A stretch of DNA of 63,382 bases, the filler included, from Reticulomyxa filosa (lineage: Eukaryota > Protista > Foraminifera), in assembly GCA_000512085.1 (NCBI GenBank). It is 16 parts of 16 records of this genome, joined end to end, with 100 filler letters (N's around TTAATTAATTAA, not from the genome) between each part and the next. Parts side by side here need not be neighbours in the genome. Positions count along the whole stretch, not along the records: positions 35,227 to 46,155 come from ASPP01003569.1; positions 46,256 to 48,050 come from ASPP01013610.1; positions 48,151 to 51,443 come from ASPP01001947.1; 13 more parts are not named here. One strand, written 5' to 3'. The notes below the pieces were generated by a model. It saw only the letters and a program-made list of their open reading frames with translations. It had not been told where the DNA came from and searched no databases. Made by a program: the position numbers and the translations under genes. How positions within the stretch are numbered: the first letter of the stretch is position 1; each line of letters starts with the position of its first letter. Positions 38,201 to 51,443 of the stretch are shown here, piece after piece.

Positions 38201-41200
38201 AAAGTGTCAGTGCAAGTGCGGCTGTCGCTCCGCCACTTCCGGGTGCAGGACGAGGTCGAGGAAGAGGACAACCCGATGGAGGCTCTGTTGAAGTCCCATT
38301 GCCGGCCTCGGGACGTGGAAGAGGACGTGGTGTCCCACCTCCTTCGGTTGTTTCTGACGAAAAGGAAGAGAAACAAAAAACAGGTCAAGTGAAATCGCCA
38401 TCACAAAAACAAGATACGGATAATGAAAAAGAAGATCAAGACAAAGATGAAAATGAAAATGAAAATGATGATGCAAAGAGTGATACGCCACTCGAAATCG
38501 AAGTCAGCTCGTCTCATCGCTGGAATAGTCCGTCGTTCATTGCATTGTTCCCTTTGCTGCAGACATGCATAATTGATATCAATCCCGAACACAAAAAGAA
38601 TCTCCCCAAGGCACGCACCAAGTTGTGCATGGCCGCCATGTCGTTGGTGGTGGTGCATTGTCATTCGAGTGTGAGCTTGGCCACGAAATTGAAGACGCGC
38701 TTCCCATCCAAAGACGTATCGCTTCTGCTGCTCCAATCCATTCCCTTGCATCCGCAGCTGCAAAAGGCAGCCAAGTTTGGACTGTACGAGTTGTCCCCGT
38801 CCATGTCCGACGAAAGCGAATTGGATCACTTGTTGGGAGTCCATGGTGTGTTGTGCGAAGAACGCAACGCCAGAGTGGCGTCCATTAACGCGCTGTTTGT
38901 GAGTCCGTGTGTGCTGTATCCGCAAACCGAGCGCATGCGTGCCACCATCTACATATCCTGTCAAGACTCGGACGCAGTGGTGCGAAGAAAAGGGTCAAAG
39001 TGTTGGAAGAACTTTGAGTTCAAAACCGAGCCCGTATTGATTCGATACATGGTGAACCAATTGGGACTGCCCTCGGATACTGTTCGTCAGTCGATCGCGC
39101 AGTCGATTGCCTCGTGCGTGCAAATGTTCCCCGATGTCCGAACAAGCACAATCGACACGCTGATCAGCGTGTACTTGTCGCATCCCAACGAAATTGACAC
39201 ATCGTCAGAAAAGGGAAAGACGATTGATCGCTCATCGTATCGCAACGGCGTGTCTCTGTCGATAATGCATCTAAGCATGTCGGCGGAGTTGGATCAAAAG
39301 AACGTGATCAAGATCACCACCTTTCTATTGAAGCACGGACTGAACGAGCCCAACGAAAATGTGTTCCGAACCAACTTGGTGGTAGGGCAAAAGTTGATTG
39401 CGACGCACGGTCGCAAGCACGCCTCGTTGTTGTTTGAGACATTGGACAAGGCCATGAACGACGTGAAGATGCAAGAGAGCGAAAAAGCGGACGTGATCCG
39501 TCAAGGTCTGGTCATATTCATGGGCTGTCTGGTCGCGCAGATCGATGAGAGTATGGCAACTGATTATAACAAGCGCATCGACAACGTGATGGCCTCATTG
39601 CTGGACGTGTTGAAGACACCATCGTACGAGGTGCAGTTTGGAGTGGCGAGCACATTGGAGTTTCTGATTCAAAAGCCCTTGGTCAGTCCCCGTGCTGCCG
39701 AGTATGTGAATCGTTTGCTGCGCACCTTGACCGAGTCCACTCGCTTCCCTGAGCGCAAAGGTGCGGCCATTGGCATTGCATCCATCGTCAAAGGTCTGGG
39801 CGTGCCCAGTGTATCCAACTTGCAAATCATGGACGCCTTGTCCACGGCGATCCAGAACCACAACTCGGTCACGCATCGCGAAGGCGCGCTCTTATGTTTC
39901 ACACAGTTGTTCACAGTGCTGGGTAGTTCATTCGAGCCGTATGTGGTCAAAGTGTTGCCGCATTTGCTCAACTCATTTGGCGATTCCAACAATGAAGTGC
40001 GCAAAGCTACGAGCGTGTGTGCCAAAGCAATCATGAAGAATCTCACAGCCCACGGTATCAAAATGGTATTGCCCCTGGTCCTCCTGGGTCTGGGCAAAGA
40101 CGATTGGCGCACCAAAGTGCAGTCCGCCAACATGCTGGGTGCCATGACCGATTGCAATAGCAAAGTGTTGGCGTCATATCTGCCGCAGATCATTCCAGCC
40201 TTGTGTAAGATCTTGATTCATCCGAAGAAGGAAGTGACGAGTGCTGGACAGCATGCGCTGCAGGCCATTGGAACAGTGGTGAGAAACCCGGAGATTTCAC
40301 AATTGACACCGTTGTTGTTGAAAGCAATGACATCACCTGGAGAAAACACGAGAAAGGCCTTGGAGGCATTGATCCATACGTCGTTCACCAATGTGGTGGA
40401 CGTGCCGTCACTCGCCTTGGTCATCCCCATTCTGACGGCAGCAATGCGAGACAGATCTTCCAATACCAAAAAGATGGCCGCACAAGTCATTGGCGGCATC
40501 TCGTCGCTCATTGCCGAGCCCAAGTCCTTGCTGCCTTACGTACCCGAACTAGTCGAAGGTGTCAAATCCATTCTCTGCGATCCTATCCCCGAAGTGCGCA
40601 CGGCGTCGGCCCTGGCCTTGAAGTCGCTCAACGAGAGTCTGGGCCAAGAGATCGACTGCATGCAAGGTGTGCTCGATTGGCTGCGTCAAATGTTGGAAGA
40701 CAAGAATCTGGACAGCGTGCAGCGCTTTGGAGCGGCCGAAGGCTTTGCCGAAGTGTTGGCGTCGTACGGTTCCAAGAAGGTGGAGACGACGTTGCCGTAT
40801 CTATTGAAAGGCTTGAAAAATCAATCGCCCGCTATTCGCGAGTCGATGTGTCAGGTGTTTGTGTTTTTGCCAAAGGCATTTGTGTCCGAATTCCCGCAGT
40901 ACTTGGATCAAGTCGTGCCGGCGCTGTTGGAGTTGTTGTGTGACGATAAAGAGCCGGTGCGAAGCGTGGCTCTGCAGGCGGGCAAGATCATTGTATTCTT
41001 GTTCCACAAGACGGAGTATGATCTGCTGTTGGACTTGTTAGAGGACGGCCTTATCCATCGTCATAATTTGGTGAGGGAAGCATCAGTCGTGCTGATGGGA
41101 GACCTGTTGCATCAACTTGCAGGCGGAGAAGGCAGTGTCACGTACGAAACCAATCCGACGGCCGAGTTTGAGACATTGATCCTGAATGCATTGGGACCCG

Positions 41201-43617
41201 AACGAAGAAACGAAGTATTTTCATTATTGTACATGGCCAAGTCCGATGTCGAGGTCAGCGTTCGCCAAAGGGCCAACATGACGTGGAAGGGATTGGTCTA
41301 CAACTCGTCCAGAATGCTAAAGCAGATCTTGGATACGTTGATGCATGCCGTCATTACCTCGCTGTCATCCAACAATCTCGAAAGACAAGTGGGCGCGGGC
41401 AAGGCATTGTCCGATTTGTGCACCAACGCAGGGCAATACATTATCCCCAAAATCATCCCCATTTTGTCCAAAGGTTTGGAAAACAGCGACGGCGTCATTC
41501 GACAGGGTGTGTGCTTGGGATTGACCGAAGTGTTGTCAGTGTGCGGTCCACGAATGCTGGAAGATTTCAAAGACTCAATGATTGAGTCCATTCGACGGGC
41601 ATTGTGCGACGACATGCCGACCGTGCGTGCGGCGAGTGCTCAGGCGTTTTTGACGCTAGCTCAGGTGTTCAAGACCGACGCCACGCAGAAGATCATCCCC
41701 CCTCTCATTGAAGAGTTGGACGCAGGCAGCGACCAATCAGGTCACGTGACCGAAGGTCTGCAAGAGATTGTCAAGATCAATCCAGACGTGGTATTGCCAT
41801 TCCTGATCCCGGCCCTGCTCAAGGAGCCATTGACGGGTTTCCACCTCCAAGTGCTCAAAAGCATGATGCAGGTGATGAAGGCCAAAGACATGGAGCGCTA
41901 CATTGACGTGATCGTACCCACCATTATCCGCTGCAGCTTCGATGGCAAAGACATTCGCACCGACATTTTGAGTGTGGGCAACGAGGTGATGGTAGCCATG
42001 AACTCGGATAATATCCCTTCTGTGCTTCGAACTATCAACGACATTGTCGTCAAAAACAGAAAGAGTTACCCCAGCACGACAAGCGCGGAGATGGAGTTGG
42101 AGGTGTGCTGCATGGCTCTGTCGTATTACATCAAACATATCAAGTGCGATCAAAAGGTGCTGATCGAAGGCGAAAAGCCCTTAATCGATTCGATGCTGTT
42201 CCTCTTGACTCATAGCAGCGAACGTGTTCGGGTCGCCGCATGGAGTGCGCTACTGGAAATCATGTCGACCATATCCGAGGATGCCTTGCCTTCGCTCATC
42301 GATTGGTACCGAGAGTGTCTTCGACGTGTCGTCACCGAGTATCAGCAGCTGCGACAAGCGGAAAATGTCGAAATCCCTGGATTTTGTGTCCCCAAAGGTC
42401 TTATGCCGATCATGGCCATGTTCGATCGAGGCCTCCGCAATGGCACCTTCGAGGAACGCGCGTCCGCTGCTGAAATGATGTGCGAAATGATTGTCGTCAC
42501 CAACTTGGATGCCATCAAAATCTTTGCGTCACAAATCACTGGTGCTTTGATTCGCATTTGCGGTGATCGCTGTCCGCCTGTAGTCAAATGCCCCATTTTG
42601 CGCACGTTGAATCTGCTGCTGAAGAAATACGGGGATTTACTGAAAGCGTTTTACAACCCTTTGAATGTCACCTTTTTGAAATTGCTCCAAGAGCCGAGCA
42701 AGGACGTAAGAGCGTTTGCAGGGGAAGGAATTGTTCGATTGGTGGAATTGAGTGGCAAACACGATGGACTGTGGAAAGAGTTAAATAACTTATTATCCTC
42801 GACCAAGAAAGACGATTCCAATGTTGCCATTACCTCCTCTTTTGACGATACCATTGTGTCGATTTTGAAAATCATCAATGAACTTTTGGTCAAACGAGAC
42901 ATCAAACCAGAGATTTTGAAAACCTTGGAAGCCTCGCTACTCGAATTCACGCTACATAAAAATGATGAAATTCGACTGAACTCGGCTCAGGCCATGGGTC
43001 GCTTGTTGTGTCGCGGCTCCAGTCACGACATTTCGCTTGTCTTGCATAATCACCTCTTGGATATTACTCATGATGTTGAATGGAAAACTCTTGAATCACA
43101 TTTGATCACGTTGTCCAGCATTTTGGATTCATCCGATCGCATCAATGTCATGCCCACCGTAATCAAGGGACTTTTGTCCGAAATGATGTCCATGATATCC
43201 TACTGCTTGGAGTCACAACATGCGCTGGTGAAAATGGCTGCACTGAAAGCTGGCTATGCCCTGCTCAATGCATGTGCTGATATCAAATGTGCAAATGAAA
43301 TTTGCTTCAATGTTTTGAAAGCGCTGCTGCCGTCGATTCGCGATCAAATGTCAGACTTACGTCAAGAAAGTGCATCACATTTAAGTGCCTTTGCTGGAAA
43401 AGGCTCTAACTTTGCCCAAGACTTTGCAACTTTGGATGTAATCCTACCATATCTGCTGAAAGGAGTCAACGATCCTGTTGTAAATGTCCGCGAGGTTGTT
43501 CAAAAAGCTATCAAAGATTTAGTGAGATTAGACATTGATAAGGAATTTTATAATCGATACTGTCAAAAAGGAGACACTTCCACTGTTAAGGCCTTGCAAA
43601 ATATCTTTTCAAAATGA
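35250..43617 (+). CDS. GCN1: GCN1, eIF2-alpha kinase (GCN2) activator, HEAT-repeat protein; 5'-partial, with two -1 frameshifts
   Basis: Conserved GCN1/eEF3-like HEAT core: ERKGAAIGIASIVKGLG, REGALLCF..LF..LG..FEPYVV.VLP.LL..FGD, WRTK..S..MLGAM, VRNPEI, VDVPSLAL.IPIL, DP.PEVR, QRFGAAEG. The three ORFs (35307-36590, 36113-37930, 37930-43617) total about 2790 codons, a typical GCN1 length. Confidence 0.95.
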
Positions 43618-45473
43618 TTAATATTTTCCATTGTTGTTATTATTTTTCCTTCAAGGAAATTACTTTTTCCAAACAAAAAGGAAAAAAAGTGTTTCCACTT
43701 TCAATTTGACAGCTCAATCTTTTTTATATTTCTTCTTTCTCAACAATTTGGTTGAACAGAAGAAAACCTTGAGATGAAAAAATTGCTATTTACTAAAAAT
43801 GAAGCAATTGTCCATCAATCAATTTTGAAAACATTAACAAATCTATTTTATTTTTTTAGTTGCGTAATTTTCAACACGGTTTCTATATTAGTTTTCGATT
43901 TTTTTGTTTGTATTAGTACAAATGATTAAAAATCGAAGATATGCCAATATCAATGACTAAACAAAAAAAAATAACGACAATATGAAAACTGCAAATTTTA
44001 AAAGAGCTAAACGAAAAAAAATTGAATGACATAAATAATGAACAAACTGGCATGAAAAATAAAATTATAATTTATTTTCGGTTTTCTATTCAATTTTAAT
44101 AACTTTCATTTTTTTCAATATATTTGTATAAAATAAACATGCAATATGTAAATGATGTTATGTATATTGAACAGAAGTGTTAGAATTAAAAAAATTGTAG
44201 AAAAAGTGCTAAAAAATATATGATAAAAAGAAAAAATAATTAATGTGTTTGTTAATTGAACAATTACATAACTAAATATTTTTTCATATTCAACTAACTA
44301 AATAGTAGCATCTACTGATGAATGATATTATATTAAAATTAATTTGATATAATTGACATCAGTTGTAAAGGTATAAGATGATGTTTGACTTAGGACATCA
44401 TATTATATTTTGCTACATTTCAAATGGATGTTTCTAAAACGAAACATCCCACCCAAATTTCCAATTTTTTTAGTGAATTTTTCTTTGAAAATGAAAATAA
44501 TTTTGTAATTTAATTTCTTGTAGAAAATGTTTTTGTCAAAAGTTTTGTTAATGAGTTTCGATAGTTGAACATTACGTATTTGTAGAATATCATTATCACA
44601 TTATGTTATTATTATAACTGCGTAAAAGAAAAAAACTTAAAATCATGTACAATTTGTTGTTGAAAAGTAATTATGTTTATATTCTTTCAAATTATATGAA
44701 TATGACTTACAATTTCTTTGTATAAATTGGAGTCAATTTTAAAATTGCAACGCGCAAATCTTGTCAATAATATCACTTTAAATTATCTTTTATCTTTTAA
44801 TCGCATTTCAACTGTTTGATAATTTCACTTGCCAGCATCAATTGATAATTATTTATCTTTTTATAAGTTGTAATAATTTTATTTATGGATTGAAATTCAC
44901 TTTTAATTCCTGAAATTCTTTCATAAAACAATTGTACATTTATTCTATGTAAATGCTTGAGTGCTTGTTGAACAGTTCGTGTTCAAGAATGGAATTTGTT
45001 TCCGTGATTTTTATTTCTCCTCCACCGAAGTTGTTTCATTTTTGCTTGCTTTCTTTTTGTTTGTGTTCTTGTTTACAGTTTTCCAAGTGAAGCGGAAAAG
45101 AAACACGTTCAAAGGAGCAAAGTTTTTTTTAAAAACCAAAAAAGTAACACAACTTCGAAAATCAGATGTTCCTTTCCCCTATTCTCGTGTCTTATCATTT
45201 AAGTTTTTAAAAAAATCATGTGATCGTTTGTTTGGTGTTTTGATCTCATTTAACAAAGTTTTGATTTTTATTCCTCATTTTTTTACAAAGGATAAGAGGT
45301 CCAATCTTTTCATTTGTTTTCAAGCCCGTTTTTTCTTTGACAATCAAATAACATTAAATATATGGAAAACCATGGCTCTGAAGTGCACTCTTAAAGTGAA
45401 CTTCTGCTCAAAAAAAAATAAAATACACTCTAGAAAATCCTTTGATAAATCTTGGTAAAACAAAAACCAAAGA

Positions 45474-46100
45474 ATGCAGGAAGAAAAAACCTTAGAAGAA
45501 GCAACAAATAATACAACGTCAACTTTACTCACTGGATCGTGTTTTGATAAGCAGTGGATTTTACAAACAAACGAAGCAGAAAAAATCAATGACTATGTTT
45601 GTTTAATTTGTCGACAAATTGCAAACAATGCTTTGGAATTGAATTGTCCCCAACATGAAGACACAAATGAACTGTTAATTGTTGGAGATCAGTGTTTGAA
45701 ACAATTTCTGAAAGAAAATAACAATTCATGTCCAATTGAACCACATAATGGTTGTCAATATTCCAAAAATAAACCATTGCAGAAATATATTGGTGATCTA
45801 ACAGTGATGTGTTTGAAACAATTTGAACAAACATCGAAAGCATTGAATGAAACAGAAAAAGAAGGAGAGACACCTGGAATAAGCAAGTGTGATTTCAAAG
45901 GAAAATTAAAAGAGATCAAAGATCATTTAGATAAATCATGTCCTTTAAGTGTAATTAATTGTTGGTTCAAGCCATTTGGATGTAATTACATTTGTCACAG
46001 ACACAATTTAGATAAACATTTGATTGCAAATATGAAATTTCATTTCGGTTTGGTCATTCAATCCTTCCAATCTATGACACAAACTATTCAATTGCATCAA
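45474..46100 (+). CDS. TRAF-type RING-like plus zinc-finger protein, N-terminal exon (3' end cut by linker)
   Basis: CLIC...CPQH...C...CP RING-like domain, then VMC...CDFKGKLKEIKDHLDKSC and CWFKPFGCNYICHRHNLDKH TRAF fingers, then the start of a coiled coil. Donor GT at about 46101. Confidence 0.85.
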
Positions 46101-46407
46101 GTTTATTTTTTTCATTATTTTTTAAAAAAACAATGTCATTGCAAGTAATTCAAAANNNNNNNNNNNNNNNNNNNNNNNNNNNNNNNNNNNNNNNNNNNNT
46201 TAATTAATTAANNNNNNNNNNNNNNNNNNNNNNNNNNNNNNNNNNNNNNNNNNNNTAAAAAAAAAAAAAAAATATATATATATACATATATATATATATT
46301 TATGTGTATATTATTAATTTGAAAATTTACACACACACACACACACATATGACATATGACATATGACATATATGTCTAATAATAAAAAAAAAAAAAAAGC
46401 GAATAGA

Positions 46408-47996
46408 GAAGATATTGTGGGCGAGTGGCCACATGGATAAGTTATACGGTGTAGGTTTTGTGGCGCTATGCTGCGTGATAGCAATGATCGGAAAAGCGTA
46501 CTCGACCAGCCAGAAGGCGGACACGATTCGAAGTGCGGGACTGGTGTTCTTTGGGCTGTACGCGTGGGACTTTTATAGCGACGCGGTGTTTGTGATTCGA
46601 TTGGGACAGATCCACGCGTGGTATCTATTTGTACCTGCGATGCTGTTTTTGGTAGTGCCGTACGTGCTGAACGTAAAGCACTTGTTCGAATTCCAAAAGC
46701 AATGGATGGCAGATCCCAGCATCAGCGAGTACGTAACGGGATGGCTCATTAACTACTCGTTGCCATTGGTTATCACCACTATGATCAGTGGTAGTGTGTT
46801 TGCCTCGATCGAACTATTCAACACCAATCTGTTTGGAATGGATATGTTTTCCATGGGTCTGCCCGAGAGACAAGTCAAAAAGTGCGCCACGCAACGATTA
46901 TTTAGCAATATACTAATGGAAAACACTCCGCAAATCATTCTGCAAGCACTTTACGCTTGGCTGTACATGAAAGGCTTCTCCTCCGCCAATATTGATAAGG
47001 TCGTCGTATATGCCTTTGCGTCCAGTCTTGTCTCCATTGGCATTGCCATCATCGACTTGTGGAGCTCCTTCGATCTGCTCCAATCGATCAAAGAAGACAA
47101 TCTCTTCTTTTTACAAGGTTCCAACTCTGGCGAAAATCGCTTGTCCAATAAAACCTTCTTCTTCTTTATCGAAGGGGACGAAATCATTTACAAACGTCTG
47201 CTTTTGCGTCAAAGACATTGGCCTCTGCGAGAAGCCATCGGAGAAGCCTTGGAAGTCCATCCCAGAACTATCGAACTCACGCAGTTGATTCCGTCCATTC
47301 AAGGCTTGAAAATTGGATTCACTATCTTCACCAACTTCAAAACTAAAAACGAGTTGACCTTGGGATTGCTTGATGCCTTTGAGACTGACAATTTTTCCAA
47401 AGTTACGCTTACGTATACTTTTTTTTTTTTTTTGAATAAATGAAAATAATCCGACTTTGCGTCAATGCTTGCCATTTGTCTGTAACTCAAAGAGCATCCA
47501 ACGCTCTTGGAAATTAGAGGATTGTCCAAAGTGTGGCATGCTCCAAACCATTGTAAATAATCGCATTTGGTAATTCTTTTTCTTGCCCCTCTCCCCCCCC
47601 CTCTCCCCCCCCCTCTCAATCAATAAACACATGTACATATATACGTATGTCACATAAACAAGTATCGTACACACTGATGGGAGAGTCGACGAAGAGTTCG
47701 ACACTGGTCGAATAACTGGTTATACCAGAACTGTGCCCCTGATGAAACAACAACAACAAGAGTGGCACGAAAAACATAAGACATTGCAAACATCCGAGTC
47801 TTCGCCCATTGAATCAGTATTACCACCGTCTGATCAATCGACACAACTCACATTTGGACAACGTCTGTCAGTTGCATTCTCCAAAATGGTAAATCCATCT
47901 CCATCATCGCCCGAGCAGTTTGGCTTTTCTTCTCCAAATCTCACCATTTGTATTTTTTGTTATTACAATTATTATCATTTTATTATTATGAAGTAA
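46408..47996 (+). CDS. XK-related (Xkr/CED-8-like) multi-pass membrane protein, 5'-partial
   Basis: YAWDFYSD, ENTPQIILQ and SSLVSI match the XK-family YxxDxxxD, ExxPQLxLQ and SLxS motifs. Several TM segments are followed by a soluble tail across further exons. Confidence 0.6.
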
Positions 47997-48014
47997 ATAA
48001 ATTTGGAAACAAAC

Positions 48015-48050
<36 letters not shown>

Positions 48051-50044
48051 NNNNNNNNNNNNNNNNNNNNNNNNNNNNNNNNNNNNNNNNNNNNTTAATT
48101 AATTAANNNNNNNNNNNNNNNNNNNNNNNNNNNNNNNNNNNNNNNNNNNNTGTTTATCAGGCTTAATGTTTATACATTATCCTTTACAAAAACAGTTTAA
48201 ACGTATAAAAAATACAATTATACGTATCGATTATTTTTTGTGCGAGCTATCCAAAAAATGCTCAACAGTTGCAATAATGAAAAAAGAAGAAAGCAATCGC
48301 GAAACAAAGTGTTACATGATCGTCTAGACAATCAAAAAACATATCCAAATACTCTTGGAAGTGGATATCATCTGTTACTTAAGACATGATACCTCTCAGC
48401 TCATTTCAGCGAACATTTTAGATAATTAGAATAGTGGAAAAATTTAAATATTTAAAAGAAAGAACCAGACAAATGGGAATAACATTATTGACCTAAAAAA
48501 GAAAGTATTGGGTGTGGATTACAAAAATGGAAAATTTAAATTCGTCTAGGACAAGGTCATTTAATCCAATATATGATTTGAACAAATTGTGTCATTGTTT
48601 TTTCAAACTGCCGTCTGGTCAATTATTTAAAATGATATTTTAATTTTTGTTATTTTAAATATTTAAATACAATCAAAATGGTCAACAAACTGAAATTTTA
48701 CGGAAAAGCATATGATTGTTTTGATGACATATGTTCGAGCCAAAGAAAGAGATTATACATACTTTCAAATGCGTAAGTAACATACCAATAAATTTGTCGT
48801 ATCTGCGCACAAATGTGCATGTATTTTTTTCCAATTCAAACAATATTTAGCACCGCAATTAAACAACTAAAAAAATGTAATTACAGTAAAATGCAAAAAT
48901 GTTTATAAACAATATTTATTCTAAATTCTTTTTTAAAACATATAAACGTCTTTTGAAGATCACAAAAACATAATGAAACTTGTAATATTTTTATCTTTTA
49001 ATACAAGAATGAATCATTTATTTTCTTATATTTCAAAAAAAAAAATCTTACCAATTTTTGTATGGTTTTATACACTTTATTAAAATAAAATACGTTTTTG
49101 GATTCTCCACGATGAGTAGATATTTAAAAAAAGAATTTCGAATAAATATGACTTTTAATTCTACCTTTTTGTCAATAATTTCCTGTGGCGATAATTGATA
49201 ATCTTTACAGCGTAGCAAGTCCGCTACAATCAAAAAGGAACAGCGGCCGATATTGAACAAGAAATATGTCGACATTAGATTATTACCGTACAAGTCGCAT
49301 TAAATCGTGCAAAGAAGATCACTTAAACAGGTAACGTTATTTAATTTCTAATGTACATTATTTTTAATTTTTATGTTAATATCTGGTATTGTTGTAGCAC
49401 AAAGACTGTCTGCTTAGAAAATTGATAAAAAAAAATGAAGAAACAAACGAAAGTTGTTTAAAAAATGTGAACAAGGGCTAACGTTTTCTTAGGATCTTGT
49501 CTACTGTTAGCAACTTGTCTTAAAACAAAGTAAGATTTGCATTAATAAAATTTTGATTATGTCTATATAAAAGTACTTTCGACAAAAGCGACATTGCATC
49601 ACATTAATCAATCTTTTGTTTTAACAACAATATAATTTAGTACAAAAAGATTCTTTTAAAATTGACTGAAAGTTTCAGAAAAAATAGGAGAAAATTTAAA
49701 CGTTAAGAAAAGAGAATAAAAAATCTTGTAAAGATATCACTATTGTACAACACTCCACACAATTGATAAAAAGTGCTACTTTAGTGCGGATAAATGTTTG
49801 CATAAACCTTCAATCCTATTATTTTTTATAACATAACAAACGCTAAATAAAAAAATGTACATGTTTTTGTAAGGGATAAAACAATTGCTACTGCCATGAA
49901 CAACTTCACGAGTTGGTCATGCAATTTGTCAAAATTACTCTTTCAGGTCGAGAACGAATGATCATATGGAAAAAAAAAGGAAGAAAAAAAGAAACAATTT
50001 CTTTTGCAAATTGTTTTGCCTTTTTTCATGCAAAATGTACAAGA

Positions 50045-51362
50045 TTAAGAATGTTCAGTCGAACCAGGAAAATACAACTCAAGAGATACCAAGTCATCAT
50101 TGTTTTGCTGGGCCAACAAAGACGTCGCAGGCAATCCAGTCAGCACCGACCAAGCATTGACTTGCAAAAACCTTAACACGCGTTGGTATATCAATGTATC
50201 GCCATGCAATCGACGGTATTTCACCACGTAGCACTTATATAGATCGGAGCGATACACACGAATGAGTATCTTCACCACATGCGCTGTATTATTATCCAAA
50301 CTTTGCACAGCCAGTTGCACTTTTAACTTTTTAATTTATTTATTTGTTTATTTATTTATTTTTTTTTTTGATTATTAAAAAAAAAAATATATAAACATAT
50401 AATATGCACGACGTACAAACCAAGGACTTTTCAACATCATGCGTTTGAATGCCGTCATTTTCTAATACTAACAAAGAAAAACAGTTGAGGACGTCAATTG
50501 CACGCGCTTCAGTCAAGTGATCCAAAAGTCCGATCGCTTCTTTTTCTGGCAGCACCGGCACTACTTGCGTCTTCACGCTTTCCACACTCTTACTATACGG
50601 GCTTTTTTCTTCATTTTCTGGTCCAATTATCAGCCGTCTTGAACGTCTTGCGTGTATTCTTTCGTGACGCAAACGCAGCATTTTATACAACACTTCAGGT
50701 CTATTGTCAATATATTAAATACATAAAAATACTTGTTTATTGTTATTGCTATTTGTCCATGCTTATGAGACAAACATTTATGTACACACATATATGTATA
50801 TACTTTTTTTTTTTTTTTCTCTACACGTATAAAGAGCAACAAATCGCATTTTTTAAAAAAAAAAAAAAAAAAAAAAAGTACATCCAAAACTGGGCAACTG
50901 GTTCATTGTACCATGGATGTTTTTTGACAAGGGCGATGGGAAGTCTCTCTTCTGGGTTGAACTGCAGCATTCGAGTAAGCAAGTCCATTGCCGATTTGCG
51001 AAGTCCTCCGCAGTGGGACTTCCAAAATGCCTTGTATTGTTTGGTGGCGATTTTGCCATACCACCGGTCGTCTTTCGTAGCTCGTTCGAAGGGAGGGTCT
51101 GTTGGATATTTGATCATTTAATTTTTTTTTTTTTTTTTTTTGGAGAAAGTGAGCCACAACTAAGCAAGAAACAGAAACAACAACAACAAAAAAAAGACTT
51201 AACATCCATAAAGTAAAAAAAACAAGACTACTCCTGCAGAAAAAATGTCACAAACGGCAGTGCAAGGATGCTTCAACCATAACTCGGGGGCAGCGAATAC
51301 TCGCGACAACACAGTATCCGTCGCTTTGTCTTTGCTTGCTTCCACACTGAACAATGTGAATC
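50045..51362 (-). CDS. Ser/Thr protein kinase (CAMK/SNF1-MARK-like) C-lobe with a KA1-like tail, 5'-partial
   Basis: Exons read ...FAAPELW...CDIFSAGVVLFFLLYG|..PPFERA..DLLTRMLQFNPEERL...KHPWY, ending with VVKYRRLHGDTLIYQRV (KA1-like). Confidence 0.85.
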
Positions 51363-51404
51363 CTGTAAGCTTTTTATTTATTTATTTTCATTTTGTTTCA
51401 ATGT

Positions 51405-51443
<39 letters not shown>

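Noticed and set aside
35171-42950. Many antisense and alternative-frame ORFs overlapping GCN1
   Set aside because: Expected by-products of a long GC-rich coding sequence, with no motifs of their own.
48151-48800. Possible non-LTR retrotransposon remnant (KY.LG, RLGQGHL)
   Set aside because: Motifs are too short and scattered across frames to support a call by eye.
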